DNA of 64,000 bases from Chlorokybus atmophyticus. Lineage: Eukaryota; Plantae; Mesostigma and Chlorokybus algae. Positions 36,916-50,100 of the stretch are shown here, piece after piece (positions within the stretch are counted from its first letter, which is position 1; each line of letters starts with the position of its first letter). Location: the NCBI GenBank assembly GCA_009103225.1, contig RHPI01000733.1:109148-173147 (forward strand), read 5' to 3'. A model generated the notes under the pieces. It searched no databases. It was given only the letters and a program-made list of their open reading frames with translations, and was not told the DNA's origin. The translations under genes and the position numbers were made by a program.

Positions 36916-39158
36916 ATATGTATATATGTATATATATATGTGTGTATATGTGCATATATTTGTATGTATATATATAGGTATATATATATTTATGTATATA
37001 TACCCTCCTGCAATGGCAGTGAGTCGATATCCATGCACACGCGTATGAGGTGTCGTCGTGTGGTTAAAGTGTGTTCACGTCAGTAGTAGTCAGTATGACT
37101 AAAGCCGCTGTGAGCATTGACCGTGTAAGGCATGCTCATTACTTGTGAAGACGACTTGTCTTCGCAAGGTGTAAACATCACAACGAGAATCAAAGCTGTT
37201 ACTGTGAGTGTTGGCTATGTGGAGTAGGCTGCTGTGGAGTAGGCTGTTGAGGGGAGATGGCACTGTCTATGCACTGAGATTGGTCGAAGGTCTTGCCGCC
37301 TGCCCTTCAGGCACCTGACAACAATAAGGCCGTCCTCGGCCCCTGTTTGTGTGTGTACGCGATTTAGAGGGCAAAGTCCTTGGCTCCTCCTCTTCACGCG
37401 GCAATTGCTGCCGTGGGCTTTCCAAGCCTTGAGGTTTCCTCCGCGTGGTGGATCTTTGAGATTGTGATTCCACCTCCCTTGGCATTCCTTCCCAGTTGAG
37501 CCGTTTGGGTGGACAAGCCAGCGGCAACTCTTTCTTTCCTATGGGACCGCATCCCCCTCGCATGGTGCGGTCCTCAGCCCCCGCAATCGGATGAGTGCTG
37601 AGTGCTTCCCTTATCGGAAGGTGGTTTGAGCCGTGGCGCGGTCCTGTATGTTGAGCTTGTCACCCAAGCCTTCTGTGGTGGCACTTTTTTTTGCTAGAGG
37701 ATGATAAGGGGGTCATGCCTCACCTGCTCCTGCCCCTCTTTGCGCGTGTGAGTTGGTTCGAGTTCGGGTTTTTCCTCCTCCCCTATCATGGCGGACTGGC
37801 CCAGTAGTTGCCTCTCCCGGAGAGGGCCCATCAAGCCAAGAGTCGGACTTGCTGGGTGGGTTGCGATTGGTGGTGCCCCCGGGCTTGCTGCAACCGGGAC
37901 ATCTTACTAGACCCATCTGAGGTCACATGGCCTTCGGCGACAGCAGCTTCCCTTCCTGTTCTCCTTTGGGACTACAGTGCTTAGCTTGGCTACTCCATCC
38001 TCAATTTCACCTTTGCTGCCAAAGTCAGTGTCCCTTGTCGCTGGCGTGGGTGTTTTTTGACCTCGACTGGCCTTCATTATAGCGCTCTCTGCTGAAGACG
38101 CATGCCGCGAGCAAGCATCGTTCCCTTCAGTGGCTGCTTGCGCATGGCGCGATTTATACAGGCAACAGGCTCCACTTCTACGGTGTAGTACATGCACCCT
38201 GATGTAGAGGCGGCATGTCTTACATGCGAGGAAGACCGTCTTCCTTCCGAAGGGAGACTCAAAGTCTACTTCGGCTGCCACGCAGCCTCAACTCTTTGGT
38301 CCTCTCTTCGGCACCTCATTCAGCGCCGTGCGGCATGGGGGGCTCTCTCCTTCTGTCCCCGAGTTTTGCCTGTTTGGGCAGGGTCCCGGGCTATCTCCTC
38401 CCCACTTTGCATGTATTTGGTCTCCTCTACGTGCTCTAGCCCTTATATGTCTCTGGTGCTTCCGCTACTTTGTCCGCTACGGTGCCGCCCGGGGGAATCA
38501 TGGTATCCTGGCATCCAAGGGGGATCCTCCTTAAGTGCGCACTCTGCTTTTCTCCTTTGCCGCGCAGGTCTGGTCCTTAGACAAGAAGGACTAGTTACAG
38601 TTGGTGTCTTCTCCTCTTGCGCAGGGTGCCTGCTCCTCAGCTCTTTTCACATTTCGCTCCACATGGGGAGCAGGTGAAGTCCTTTACTCTGTTGCTGCCC
38701 ATCTCCCCCATCCTAAAGTGGTTTGGCATTCCTTCTTCCTCTAGCCTGAAGACTGAAGACCAAAGACTACATCTCAGAATACTGAAGACTGACCAAAGAC
38801 CAAAAACTAAAGACCCTTGCTTCCTGACAGCCTACCATCATGCTCGTGTGTTCGCTTAGGCTTTTATCATGCATGTTGTAGCTTTAACTAGCTTCTCGTA
38901 CACATCCACTCCTATCTCTGCCTGCTATGGCTTGCTGCTTATAGCTCAAATTTTTTGAACCCTTCTTTCCACTGGTTTCTCAACAAAAACAAATGGGTGT
39001 GCATATACTTGCAAAAGCCAACCAACTTACATTGAAAAGATGGCCTGAACACACTTGTCAAGTTGCGATAAGTTACCACATTGCATTGCGTGGCACGCTT
39101 GCCCTATGTGCAAGAGACAATTGCAATGTGACACATACATATATATATATATATATAC

Positions 39159-39204
<46 letters not shown>

Positions 39205-41448
39205 ATATGTATATATGTATATATATATGTGTGTATATGTGCATATATTTGTATGTATATATATAGGTATATATATATTTATGTATATATACCCTCCTGC
39301 AATGGCAGTGAGTCGATATCCATGCACACGCGTATGAGGTGTCGTCGTGTGGTTAAAGTGTGTTCACGTCAGTAGTAGTCAGTATGACTAAAGCCGCTGT
39401 GAGCATTGACCGTGTAAGGCATGCTCATTACTTGTGAAGACGACTTGTCTTCGCAAGGTGTAAACATCACAACGAGAATCAAAGCTGTTACTGTGAGTGT
39501 TGGCTATGTGGAGTAGGCTGCTGTGGAGTAGGCTGTTGAGGGGAGATGGCACTGTCTATGCACTGAGATTGGTCGAAGGTCTTGCCGCCTGCCCTTCAGG
39601 CACCTGACAACAATAAGGCCGTCCTCGGCCCCTGTTTGTGTGTGTACGCGATTTAGAGGGCAAAGTCCTTGGCTCCTCCTCTTCACGCGGCAATTGCTGC
39701 CGTGGGCTTTCCAAGCCTTGAGGTTTCCTCCGCGTGGTGGATCTTTGAGATTGTGATTCCACCTCCCTTGGCATTCCTTCCCAGTTGAGCCGTTTGGGTG
39801 GACAAGCCAGCGGCAACTCTTTCTTTCCTATGGGACCGCATCCCCCTCGCATGGTGCGGTCCTCAGCCCCCGCAATCGGATGAGTGCTGAGTGCTTCCCT
39901 TATCGGAAGGTGGTTTGAGCCGTGGCGCGGTCCTGTATGTTGAGCTTGTCACCCAAGCCTTCTGTGGTGGCACTTTTTTTTGCTAGAGGATGATAAGGGG
40001 GTCATGCCTCACCTGCTCCTGCCCCTCTTTGCGCGTGTGAGTTGGTTCGAGTTCGGGTTTTTCCTCCTCCCCTATCATGGCGGACTGGCCCAGTAGTTGC
40101 CTCTCCCGGAGAGGGCCCATCAAGCCAAGAGTCGGACTTGCTGGGTGGGTTGCGATTGGTGGTGCCCCCGGGCTTGCTGCAACCGGGACATCTTACTAGA
40201 CCCATCTGAGGTCACATGGCCTTCGGCGACAGCAGCTTCCCTTCCTGTTCTCCTTTGGGACTACAGTGCTTAGCTTGGCTACTCCATCCTCAATTTCACC
40301 TTTGCTGCCAAAGTCAGTGTCCCTTGTCGCTGGCGTGGGTGTTTTTTGACCTCGACTGGCCTTCATTATAGCGCTCTCTGCTGAAGACGCATGCCGCGAG
40401 CAAGCATCGTTCCCTTCAGTGGCTGCTTGCGCATGGCGCGATTTATACAGGCAACAGGCTCCACTTCTACGGTGTAGTACATGCACCCTGATGTAGAGGC
40501 GGCATGTCTTACATGCGAGGAAGACCGTCTTCCTTCCGAAGGGAGACTCAAAGTCTACTTCGGCTGCCACGCAGCCTCAACTCTTTGGTCCTCTCTTCGG
40601 CACCTCATTCAGCGCCGTGCGGCATGGGGGGCTCTCTCCTTCTGTCCCCGAGTTTTGCCTGTTTGGGCAGGGTCCCGGGCTATCTCCTCCCCACTTTGCA
40701 TGTATTTGGTCTCCTCTACGTGCTCTAGCCCTTATATGTCTCTGGTGCTTCCGCTACTTTGTCCGCTACGGTGCCGCCCGGGGGAATCATGGTATCCTGG
40801 CATCCAAGGGGGATCCTCCTTAAGTGCGCACTCTGCTTTTCTCCTTTGCCGCGCAGGTCTGGTCCTTAGACAAGAAGGACTAGTTACAGTTGGTGTCTTC
40901 TCCTCTTGCGCAGGGTGCCTGCTCCTCAGCTCTTTTCACATTTCGCTCCACATGGGGAGCAGGTGAAGTCCTTTACTCTGTTGCTGCCCATCTCCCCCAT
41001 CCTAAAGTGGTTTGGCATTCCTTCTTCCTCTAGCCTGAAGACTGAAGACCAAAGACTACATCTCAGAATACTGAAGACTGACCAAAGACCAAAAACTAAA
41101 GACCCTTGCTTCCTGACAGCCTACCATCATGCTCGTGTGTTCGCTTAGGCTTTTATCATGCATGTTGTAGCTTTAACTAGCTTCTCGTACACATCCACTC
41201 CTATCTCTGCCTGCTATGGCTTGCTGCTTATAGCTCAAATTTTTTGAACCCTTCTTTCCACTGGTTTCTCAACAAAAACAAATGGGTGTGCATATACTTG
41301 CAAAAGCCAACCAACTTACATTGAAAAGATGGCCTGAACACACTTGTCAAGTTGCGATAAGTTACCACATTGCATTGCGTGGCACGCTTGCCCTATGTGC
41401 AAGAGACAATTGCAATGTGACACATACATATATATATATATATATACG

Positions 41449-41478
<30 letters not shown>
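36867..41478. repeat. Two-copy tandem duplication of a 2,289-bp unit separated and flanked by (TA)n tracts
   Basis: The ORF track repeats with an exact 2289 offset (e.g. 37267/39556, 38192/40481). TA tracts at about 36867-37000, 39135-39290 and 41425-41478. Confidence 0.95.
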
Positions 41479-41480
<2 letters not shown>

Positions 41481-42499
41481 CGTGATGTTAGCTTGTTAGC
41501 TTGTTATATATTAAATCAATATGTAACAAGTATCGTATTTTTGTAATGTGTAAGAGCACGCAATACGCGGCGCGCCGGCTTAGGTTGCGTCTTGCAAGGC
41601 TGCCGTAGCATTGTTAAACAAATGGCATCAGCGATTTACTCAGGATGTAAGACTTCATAGCCGTTTTTTATCATGATTAAACAATTATGAATAGACTTCA
41701 ACAAAGCCTTTTATATATACATGTGTTCAATTGCAATTAGGACTGCTTCATTATGTTGTGTTGCATTGCCCATGCATATATTAACAATATATTAGACGTC
41801 CACTACGTTAATTAGCAGCATGCTGACAATTGTGTCCATGCACGTCTTGTTCATTGACATGATGTGACGTGTAAGACACAGCGTTACAATGCCCAATGGC
41901 ATGCCATTTAAGACGGATAATAATGACCCACATTCATACTTGCAATGTATATACACCTTGCTGCAATGTTACCACTGTATGCGGCAATGTCACCAACATC
42001 ATTAAATAAATACGCCATGACGTAAAGCATTGTCTACCCAAAAGCGTGAACATGAAAATGTCATATTGCAATTGGTTATGCACGTTGCAATCATAAGGTT
42101 ACATCCGCGCCAGGTCTACAATTTGGGTAGAATTGTCAACAATACATAATAAGCTATATTTGTGATGTATATTATACCAACATTTTTAAGTGCTGGTCGC
42201 TTGCAACAACCAACGATCCGCTATTATCGGGTTTGCAACTTGCATAATTTTCTCAACATGTAAAGTTATAGCGGTGTTATACAATCACACGAAACTTCAA
42301 TATGTAATAATTAATACCAACCGCATGCAATAAAAATAGAATAAAATCAAAGATAAAAATGCAATGCATGTAAAGTAAAGGAATAAAGATTTTATACATT
42401 GTGTGTACGTGTAAACATGTTACATGATTGTATCAAGGTAGATGAACATGCCCTCTAAGCATATTACTTTTAGGAAATTTCTACTTATACAAAGTGTAC

Positions 42500-45400
42500 A
42501 CTGCACATGTTTTACAATTTACGGTGGGAGCCGCGACCTGTCAGGAGCATGCGCCGGCTGTGGCAGGTGATGGGGCGTGTTGCTTTACACATGGCTTGCG
42601 CATCTAAAGTGACGCTGGCTGATCAGGTAAATCGCCGCGCGTCTGCGTGGAAAGTGCGGGACTACCAGGAAGGGCAAAGTTGACCTAGGTTGACCTTAAC
42701 GTTTGAGTTTCTCAAATTTGTAGACAACAGAGTCCGTCCCGTTCGTCCGGCTGCTTCATAAGCCATTCATCAGCCAACGCGCCTGCTTCATGAGCGCGCT
42801 CGATAGCGGCATCTGCTGACAGAGTCTGCGGTTATGAGAGTTGGGGTATCACGCGCTTGATACTGCGTGACTTGCTCAGCTTGACCTTCCCAGTGTCGTG
42901 CCAAATCCAATCGTTGCGCGAGGATGTCGTCCACCAGCTCGTTATGGCCTCATCATGCTGCACCTTTTCCACCTTCACATGTTGTAGCTTCCTCCATGCA
43001 TGTCTGCTAGCTCAGGATCCTCCCGAAGCTGCCCCACTAGTGTACATACTCATACACATGACACAACACTCACAACAAGCGCGTATTACACCCCCTTCAG
43101 CTGGTGTTCACGACCCGAGAATGCCAGCTGACCTCCTCACGCGCCTTCATCCACACGCACCATCGCATCCGTCCACCCCCTCGCTTCGAGCCTCCTCAAC
43201 CTCTCTCACGCGTAACGGAAAGAATGCCTTCTCACCATCACCATGCTCCCATCCCGGTCTGAAAAAGCCCTGCTCCAACCAGTTGTCCACTCCTCCTCCC
43301 ACTGGATACAAGAACTCCTGCCCCAATAGCACATCATAGCTCCCCCCCTCGGTGATAAGGCAATGAACACCAAGAGTGGTTCGCCCTCCACCATGTGCAG
43401 TCAATTGGATCTGCACGGGCTCTAATGTCACCGCAAACACGGCCTCCATCCCTCCTCCAGCAGTCTTGAGATGCCACGGACATGGCCCCCAATCCTTCGG
43501 CTGCAATCCCATGCGCGCCGCCGCTCTCGCTCCAAGTATCACTGGCTCCGCACATGTATCCACGAGCACGCGCTCCGGTGTGTACCCGTTCAGCTGCACA
43601 TGACCATGCTTGTTGTCCACCGTTGCCACCGTCGCCATAACATCAAGCCTCTCCGCCGGTCTCGACAACGCCGCCGACAAGTCCGACTTGGAGTCCAGCT
43701 GCACCGGCTCTTCCATCACCTCCGTGTGCATGCCGTTTGCTAACTCCACGATAGGCACATCCACCTCCAGCTCCTGCTCATTATCCGTGACTTCATGAAG
43801 CTTCTTTCCTGCATAGATGACTGCCCTAAACTCCTCCTCACTCGTCACATCTGCCTCGCAATCCAAAGTGACTTGCGTAGCTGCGTCAGCTGTCGCGGGC
43901 TTCAACATCGGCCCCAACACGCACTCCAAACGCTCCAAAGTACATCCGACATCCTTCAGTGTCAACATGGGCTGATGGAGAAGGGTTCCCGCCAGCTCAT
44001 GGACTGCACTTGCATCCGCACGCGCCGCCGTTGGCACCTTCATGACGCGCGCACATGCCGGGCTGACTTGCGCACTTGCCGTCTCTAACAAACATGCCAA
44101 ACCCTTCATGGACTGCATCTTGCCCTCATCCACATCGTTCTTCACTTCAATACACATACCATCATGCTGCTCCACACTCATGACCCTCCTCACCAAAGGC
44201 ATTGACAACGCCGACGTCGCTGACACCTCCATGGCTGGCGCAGGCGCATAGCCTCCCGCCGTCGCCGTCAACGGTGCCGATACCGCGCGTGATCGCGCAT
44301 TAGCTGGTGCAAACAGTTCTTCATGACCCCCAGCAGCTTTACAAACCTCCGAGGTTGCGACGCGGACCCCCTTGCCTCGCATGTAGAGCGATACCGCCGC
44401 CCTAGGTGCTGGTGCAGCGCGCGCAGTCCCCGTAGCTGCCGTAGCCGTCATCGGGCTGCACCACGCCGCGCTATACGCCAAGTACGCGTACGCACCTCCA
44501 TCATCATCATCCTTCTCCTGTCGGACACCCTTTTGCTTGCGTTCCGGCTGCGTGCGCAGCCCCGCTAGCGCCGCCTTCAACTCGGCCACTTCGGCAACGA
44601 GCGCGGACACCTCGCTTGCACGCGCCAGCTCCGCATGGCTTTGTGAGCTTCCCGCCTGAGCTGAATGTGCTTGCTTGGTCACCGTCTTGCCGCTCAGCAC
44701 CTCCGCGCGCAAGTGCGGATGCTTGCTCCAACACGCATTGTCATCATGGCCCATCTTCCCACAATATGAACACACGAGGCCTTGCCTCTTCGGACAATAC
44801 TTTGCGATGTGTCCGACCTCTCCACACCTCCAACACACTCCCGTTTGCTGCTCCTCATGCCGTGCATCCATAGGAACACCGTTTGCAGCCATCACACTCC
44901 TCACCGGAGCTGACTTAATGACTGTAGCTTGCCCTCCATCGCGCCGACCAGTATCGGTGCGCTTGGTAGCTCCCGACAGCTGCGTCGCCATGCCCTCTGC
45001 CATCGAACCAATGCTCTTCTCATACTCTTGCTGCCATTGAGCATTCTCGGCTGCAACGAAGACATCACGAAGCGTGTAGCTTGCGCCTTGATGCGCTCCT
45101 CGCAACACGGTCTGCACCGCCTCCCGCAAGCCATCCTCCAATGCACGCAAGTACAACACCGCGGCCATCTTGTTAGACACAACCTCATGCTCCGTGTCCT
45201 CCAACAACTTCACCATCCTCGTGTACATCATGCGTGGGGTCTCACCATCCTTGCGCTTGAAATACATCAGCTCCATCATCTTTGCCGGCGTCGATTGTGG
45301 ATACGTCGACGTCAACACCATCATGAACTCCTTCATGGGCTGCACCTTCGCCCACTCCTTCTCAAACTCAGCTCCATGTTCAGCTCTACACACCTCTTCT

Positions 45401-46400
45401 CGTGCCTCCAACTTCCTCTTGAACTCCCTCCACGTGCCCAAAGCTTCATCCTCCAAGAATTCGGGCATCATCTTAAATGCTTTGTGCTCATTCCATGACC
45501 TATCACGTGCCGACCAGCTGATCATGCGACACTCAAACCTATCCTTGAAGTCTTGTAGCTCCAATGTGTTGGGCCGACCGCTGAAACGCGTGCGCGCACC
45601 CTCCATCTCCGTCTTCAACAAGGTGTCCATTAGATCTGGCTCCTCCTCTTCAACCTCTTCAACCTCCTCGTGGTCTTCCTTGTCACCGGCTGGCTCGTCC
45701 TCGTAGTCTCCTTCACTCGGGGAAGTAGGCACCTCCTTCTCGGGCAACTCTTCTCTCTCCTTCAAGGGGACTTCAAGCTCCTTCAGACCAGCTCCTGACC
45801 TTGTTTCCACGGGCATTCCACGTCCACCACAACCACAAACACCCGCACACCTTTATGCCAATGAGTTGAGCGCAAGTAACAAGCGCGTGTCTTAGCCAAC
45901 CTAGACTCAAGCACGGGCTTCTATACTTGCAATTGGCATGTGATGCACGGGGAGATGAGGCTAAGTCCGTTCGCAAGGTGTGGCACACGCTCATACACTT
46001 CACACAAGCATATCCAAGCACGTGCACACTCAAGGCAAGCACACAAGCAAGGCAACGACCAACCAAGTCTTGAAGCCTCTCCAAGTAGCTGTATGCTCCC
46101 AATAGAACAAGGGACTTGCGCTCAACTAGCTGCAACACAAGTCAAGAACACTTACATACCCTCCTACCATGCCTCCACAACCGTTTTAACCACTTTAGCT
46201 GCCACAACTACCATACAACTCCCAAATCAGTCATAACCAGCGATTTTCAGTCACATGTGAGTCCTACCAGCGTAATTGAGTTACACCTCGATGTAATGAC
46301 CGTAACTCAGCTCTATCTCATGAAATATGACCTCAAAAGCCCTCATAATCGATGCGTTGCGCCACCGACACGCACGCGCATGACACCAGCTACCAAACGG
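42500..46400 (-). mobile_element. Non-autonomous Gag-protease-only Ty3-related element, sister of the 18-28 kb element; boundaries approximate
   Basis: Intact 889-aa Gag-PR ORF. A PPT-like GAAGGGGG (43091-43098) followed by TGTAA lies about 50 nt after the stop. No RT/IN. Leader inverted repeat at 45864-45877 / 46114-46127. Confidence 0.85.
43147..45816 (-). CDS. Gag (double CCHC knuckle) - aspartic protease polyprotein
   Basis: RFSGRPNTLELQDF, FKRKDGETPRMMY, CWRCGEVGHIAKYC, CSYCGKMGHDDNAC, RVLVDTCAEPVILG (DTG replaced by DTC), SYDVLLGQEFL. Confidence 0.92.
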   Translation of the reverse strand: MPVETRSGAGLKELEVPLKEREELPEKEVPTSPSEGDYEDEPAGDKEDHEEVEEVEEEEPDLMDTLLKTEMEGARTRFSGRPNTLELQDFKDRFECRMISWSARDRSWNEHKAFKMMPEFLEDEALGTWREFKRKLEAREEVCRAEHGAEFEKEWAKVQPMKEFMMVLTSTYPQSTPAKMMELMYFKRKDGETPRMMYTRMVKLLEDTEHEVVSNKMAAVLYLRALEDGLREAVQTVLRGAHQGASYTLRDVFVAAENAQWQQEYEKSIGSMAEGMATQLSGATKRTDTGRRDGGQATVIKSAPVRSVMAANGVPMDARHEEQQTGVCWRCGEVGHIAKYCPKRQGLVCSYCGKMGHDDNACWSKHPHLRAEVLSGKTVTKQAHSAQAGSSQSHAELARASEVSALVAEVAELKAALAGLRTQPERKQKGVRQEKDDDDGGAYAYLAYSAAWCSPMTATAATGTARAAPAPRAAVSLYMRGKGVRVATSEVCKAAGGHEELFAPANARSRAVSAPLTATAGGYAPAPAMEVSATSALSMPLVRRVMSVEQHDGMCIEVKNDVDEGKMQSMKGLACLLETASAQVSPACARVMKVPTAARADASAVHELAGTLLHQPMLTLKDVGCTLERLECVLGPMLKPATADAATQVTLDCEADVTSEEEFRAVIYAGKKLHEVTDNEQELEVDVPIVELANGMHTEVMEEPVQLDSKSDLSAALSRPAERLDVMATVATVDNKHGHVQLNGYTPERVLVDTCAEPVILGARAAARMGLQPKDWGPCPWHLKTAGGGMEAVFAVTLEPVQIQLTAHGGGRTTLGVHCLITEGGSYDVLLGQEFLYPVGGGVDNWLEQGFFRPGWEHGDGEKAFFPLRVREVEEARSEGVDGCDGACG

Positions 46401-47159
46401 TGATTGCATGAGGTAGAGCACTCCAAGCAACTCTGCAAATCAGACGTTGAGCAGATTGAACTTCCTGCGGTCGCTCGCTTGGAGGCACTTACCTTGTTAG
46501 TTCCCCTTGCATGCAACCTATTGTATATACCCCCTGTAGCCTCTACCACCTGCTGTGCCCCGTAGCTCTGCAGATGTTGCGGGACAGATCAATGACTGTG
46601 ACGCCGCTTCAACTCCTCAAGCTTGTCAATTGCCTACCCCAATTGAAATGGGTGTGACACAGCAAGCCTTTGTGCCGACGCGTCTGATTGCTCTGCGCGC
46701 CTTAGATCCTGGCAGGAGGTCTGAGCAAGGTGTGCAAGGTGTCGCAGAGCACAACACATCCTCGACAAGACGCGACAGCAACTCGGCGGCGCATAGTTTA
46801 ACCAAATACTATGCGCATCAACCGCGGTCAACAAGCTGGAGTGGTGTGAACAATTACATGAGTGTGGTTGCGATGCAATTGTGCATGTAGCTGCTGCTCA
46901 ACGACATCCTTGAAGCAGAGACAGTGAATGGGGAATGGTCGGTTACATTCACCATCGGTGGGCGCCACCAGCATGCACCGCGGTTAGTTGATAGAGCACG
47001 AGTCCCGCATCCCAGTTTACTAACCGCATTGCGCCACTGTGTTGGCTCTGCTCCTGCCAGAGCATGCGCAGTGTATAAATTACGTGCACTCAGCATACAG
47101 CGGCTATGCGGCTTGCAAGCTAAGTTGTTGCTTGTGTAGTTCTGCTTGTGTTTGTCGCC

Positions 47160-50100
47160 ATGGCAGGCCTCAGCAAGCAGGCGCTGCTGGTGCTGCTGGT
47201 CTGTTCTGTAGCTGTCCTTGGCGTCGTGCATGCCGCCGACGGTGACGCTGGCCATGGCCATGGCAAGATTCAACAAGTTGCAGGCATTCCCTCTGAGCTA
47301 ATTTCCACAGGCGACGCAGCAACCGCCACAGTTGATGACGGCGGCAAGGCCTCAAAGGTAAAGCCTCCTTGCTTGCTGAACGTGTAAACAAGAATGTGAC
47401 TGTGAGCTGCTTGCTTTGCAATTGCCTGCCTCGGCTGCCTTGCTCTGTAAGCAGCTCTGTGTAAGCTGTGCATGCGCTCGTTTTGTGTTTGCTTTTGCTT
47501 GCAAGAGATGTGCCCGCTTATTCTAGCTCATGCATTACCATGCTGCAGCAACTGTCGTTGCTGAGGATGTGGTCCGTTTGGTAGTGATGTGTTGCTTCAT
47601 ATGCGGCGCCAGTGTTGCTGAGCCTTGTGGTGTGCCTGCCTTGCAGCCATCTGTGGTCGGCACCAAGAACAACAGCCACATGACCGCAGATGAAGGAAGG
47701 CACCTCATCACCCCCACCACTTCCCACACGTTCACGGCCCTGTCTGCCACTCCCACACCGAGCTCGGTAAGTGGCACACATGCACATACACACCACATGC
47801 AACCGCAACACATGAAAGCACACGACAACAGCAGCAACAACAACAACTGACTGCTCGTATTCACATGCTGTGCAGGACACATTCGACTTGAACTTGTTCA
47901 CCAATGCCATTAAAAAGGTCCAAACTAATCTGAGGCCTCATCTTATGGTGACGCCAGACATTCTCAAGCAGGTTCGGGACAACGTGAAGGCCAACATGAC
48001 AGGTCTCTCGCCGCAATTCTACAAGGGAGCCACCAGAGATGTCAATAGCATCATGAAACCAGACAGCCCCTCACCATCTAAATCACGCGATTATCTCGAT
48101 CGCGTCACACTTGTGGCGGGAATGGCCCTCATTGATCAATTCTCCAACCGCACTGATTTTGCAAAGAAGGATCTACTGGCCATAGCCAACATGAAGCCCG
48201 ACAAGTGGAATACCGATGGACGCGTTGATCCAGGTTGGTAATTGATGACGATGACTAGTACTACTTGGTCACACATTGATGAGTACTTACTGGTAATGTG
48301 TACGTGGCAGGTTACTTGGATGTGTCTCAGTATCTGATGGCAGCCTCTATTGGTTATGACTGGCTGCACGACAACCTGAACCACACTGAGCGCGACACCG
48401 TGTGGAACGCTACTATGAACAACGGTTTCTTGCCTGCGCTGGCCATCATCAACACTACCACTGGTCAGACCAATCCTCACCACTCTCACAGAAGTGGACA
48501 CCAACATTAGAGTCAACAGCATTGCCGGCTTCATCGCCGCCATCGCCTTCGCTGACCACAGCGGGGATGCCGCCATACTCTGCGGACAAGTATGAATGTT
48601 AGATAGTTGGCAAGAACGACCCAACATGCGTGCCCAAACTCAATACAAACACACTTGTGTGGGAGTGCAGGTTCTGAACCTAGCGTTGCCGATGTTGCCG
48701 AGATCTTTGTCATTGTACTTCCCGAGTGGAGGCAACTTTGAAGGCCCAACCTACTTGTCATTTACTGGGTTGAGCATCTTGTACATGCTTAGCTCCATGA
48801 AGACAGGGTTGAGCACAGACTTTAACCTCACCACCACGCAGACGTACATGCAAGACCTGTGCCACTTCCGCTTCCACCTCATGGGTACAAACAACACCCA
48901 CTTCAACTTTGCGGATTCTGTCGATGAGGGACTCTCCTCACATCTGTGTGCTATTATATGGCAAAGCGATGGGACAAACCTTACCTCGCTGCGTGGGAGA
49001 GTACTTACAGCAAAACAGGGAACGTACAGCGCATGATGTGGGCAACTCCAACAGCATTCACAGGCAAGATGAGATGTTCGATGCATGTGTGTGCGTGTGC
49101 TACCTCTACCGTGCACTGTGTGAGTACTCATGGCACCACAAGTTGCTTATTTTGCCATGCCATGTCATGCGCAGGGGTTGTCCCTGTGGACCTGCCACCC
49201 ACCGACAGGCGTTTCCAGGGTGAACAGATCAATGTGGCGTGTTTCAGGACAGACTAGCAGGACCCCAACGCAGCTTGGACTTGCATGAAGAGTGGATCCA
49301 CACCATCTGCTGGCGGGGGCCATCACGTAAGCAGTTGTTGTTGTTGTTGTCTCCACTGATCATGATCAAATGCCAACCAGTCCTTCATCAGTCTGATAGT
49401 TCGAACTGTACTTTGTGCATGCAGCACCTGGACCTTGGCACGTTTGTCTATGAGGTGATGGGTCAGCGCTTCCTGATTGACATGGGCAGCGACGATTACA
49501 ACATACCCGGCTACTTCAACAAAGACCGCTTCAAGTTTTATCGCACGCGCACAGAGTCATACAACACGCTGTGCATGAGCAACACCACGCAGATACCACT
49601 CAATTTCACCAGCCAGGTGAGACTGAGAGAAACACATGTACACATGGTCATTCTTGTGACAAGTGTGACAAGACAATCAACTGCATACATACTCACCTGG
49701 CTCTCACCACTCTTTGCAGCCCCTGAATGTGACCACCACCATGGAACCAATCTACTCCACGCCAAACCGCTCGCATGTTGTGATGGACTTGACCAACGCT
49801 TACCCGCTGACAAAGCAAGTGCTTCGCGGCATCACATTGTTGAAGGACGCAAACTTTAGCACGCCCAGACTGTTGGTTCAAGATGAGGTGAGTGATGATG
49901 CAGTACAATGTGACAACATGTCCCCCTCACACTTGACAATCCTTGCAGGTGACTTCCATCAATGACACCACGTTGCTTGACATTGTCTCAATGTTCCACA
50001 CGCAAGCCGCCATCGACATCTCCGATGATAAAACGATTGCTCGATTGACTAAGAAAAAACCTGATGTGACGCTTGTTGCCAAGATACTCTCTTCCAGCGA

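Noticed and set aside
37000-39130. Protein-coding gene within the tandem unit
   Set aside because: Only short broken ORFs without recognisable domains.
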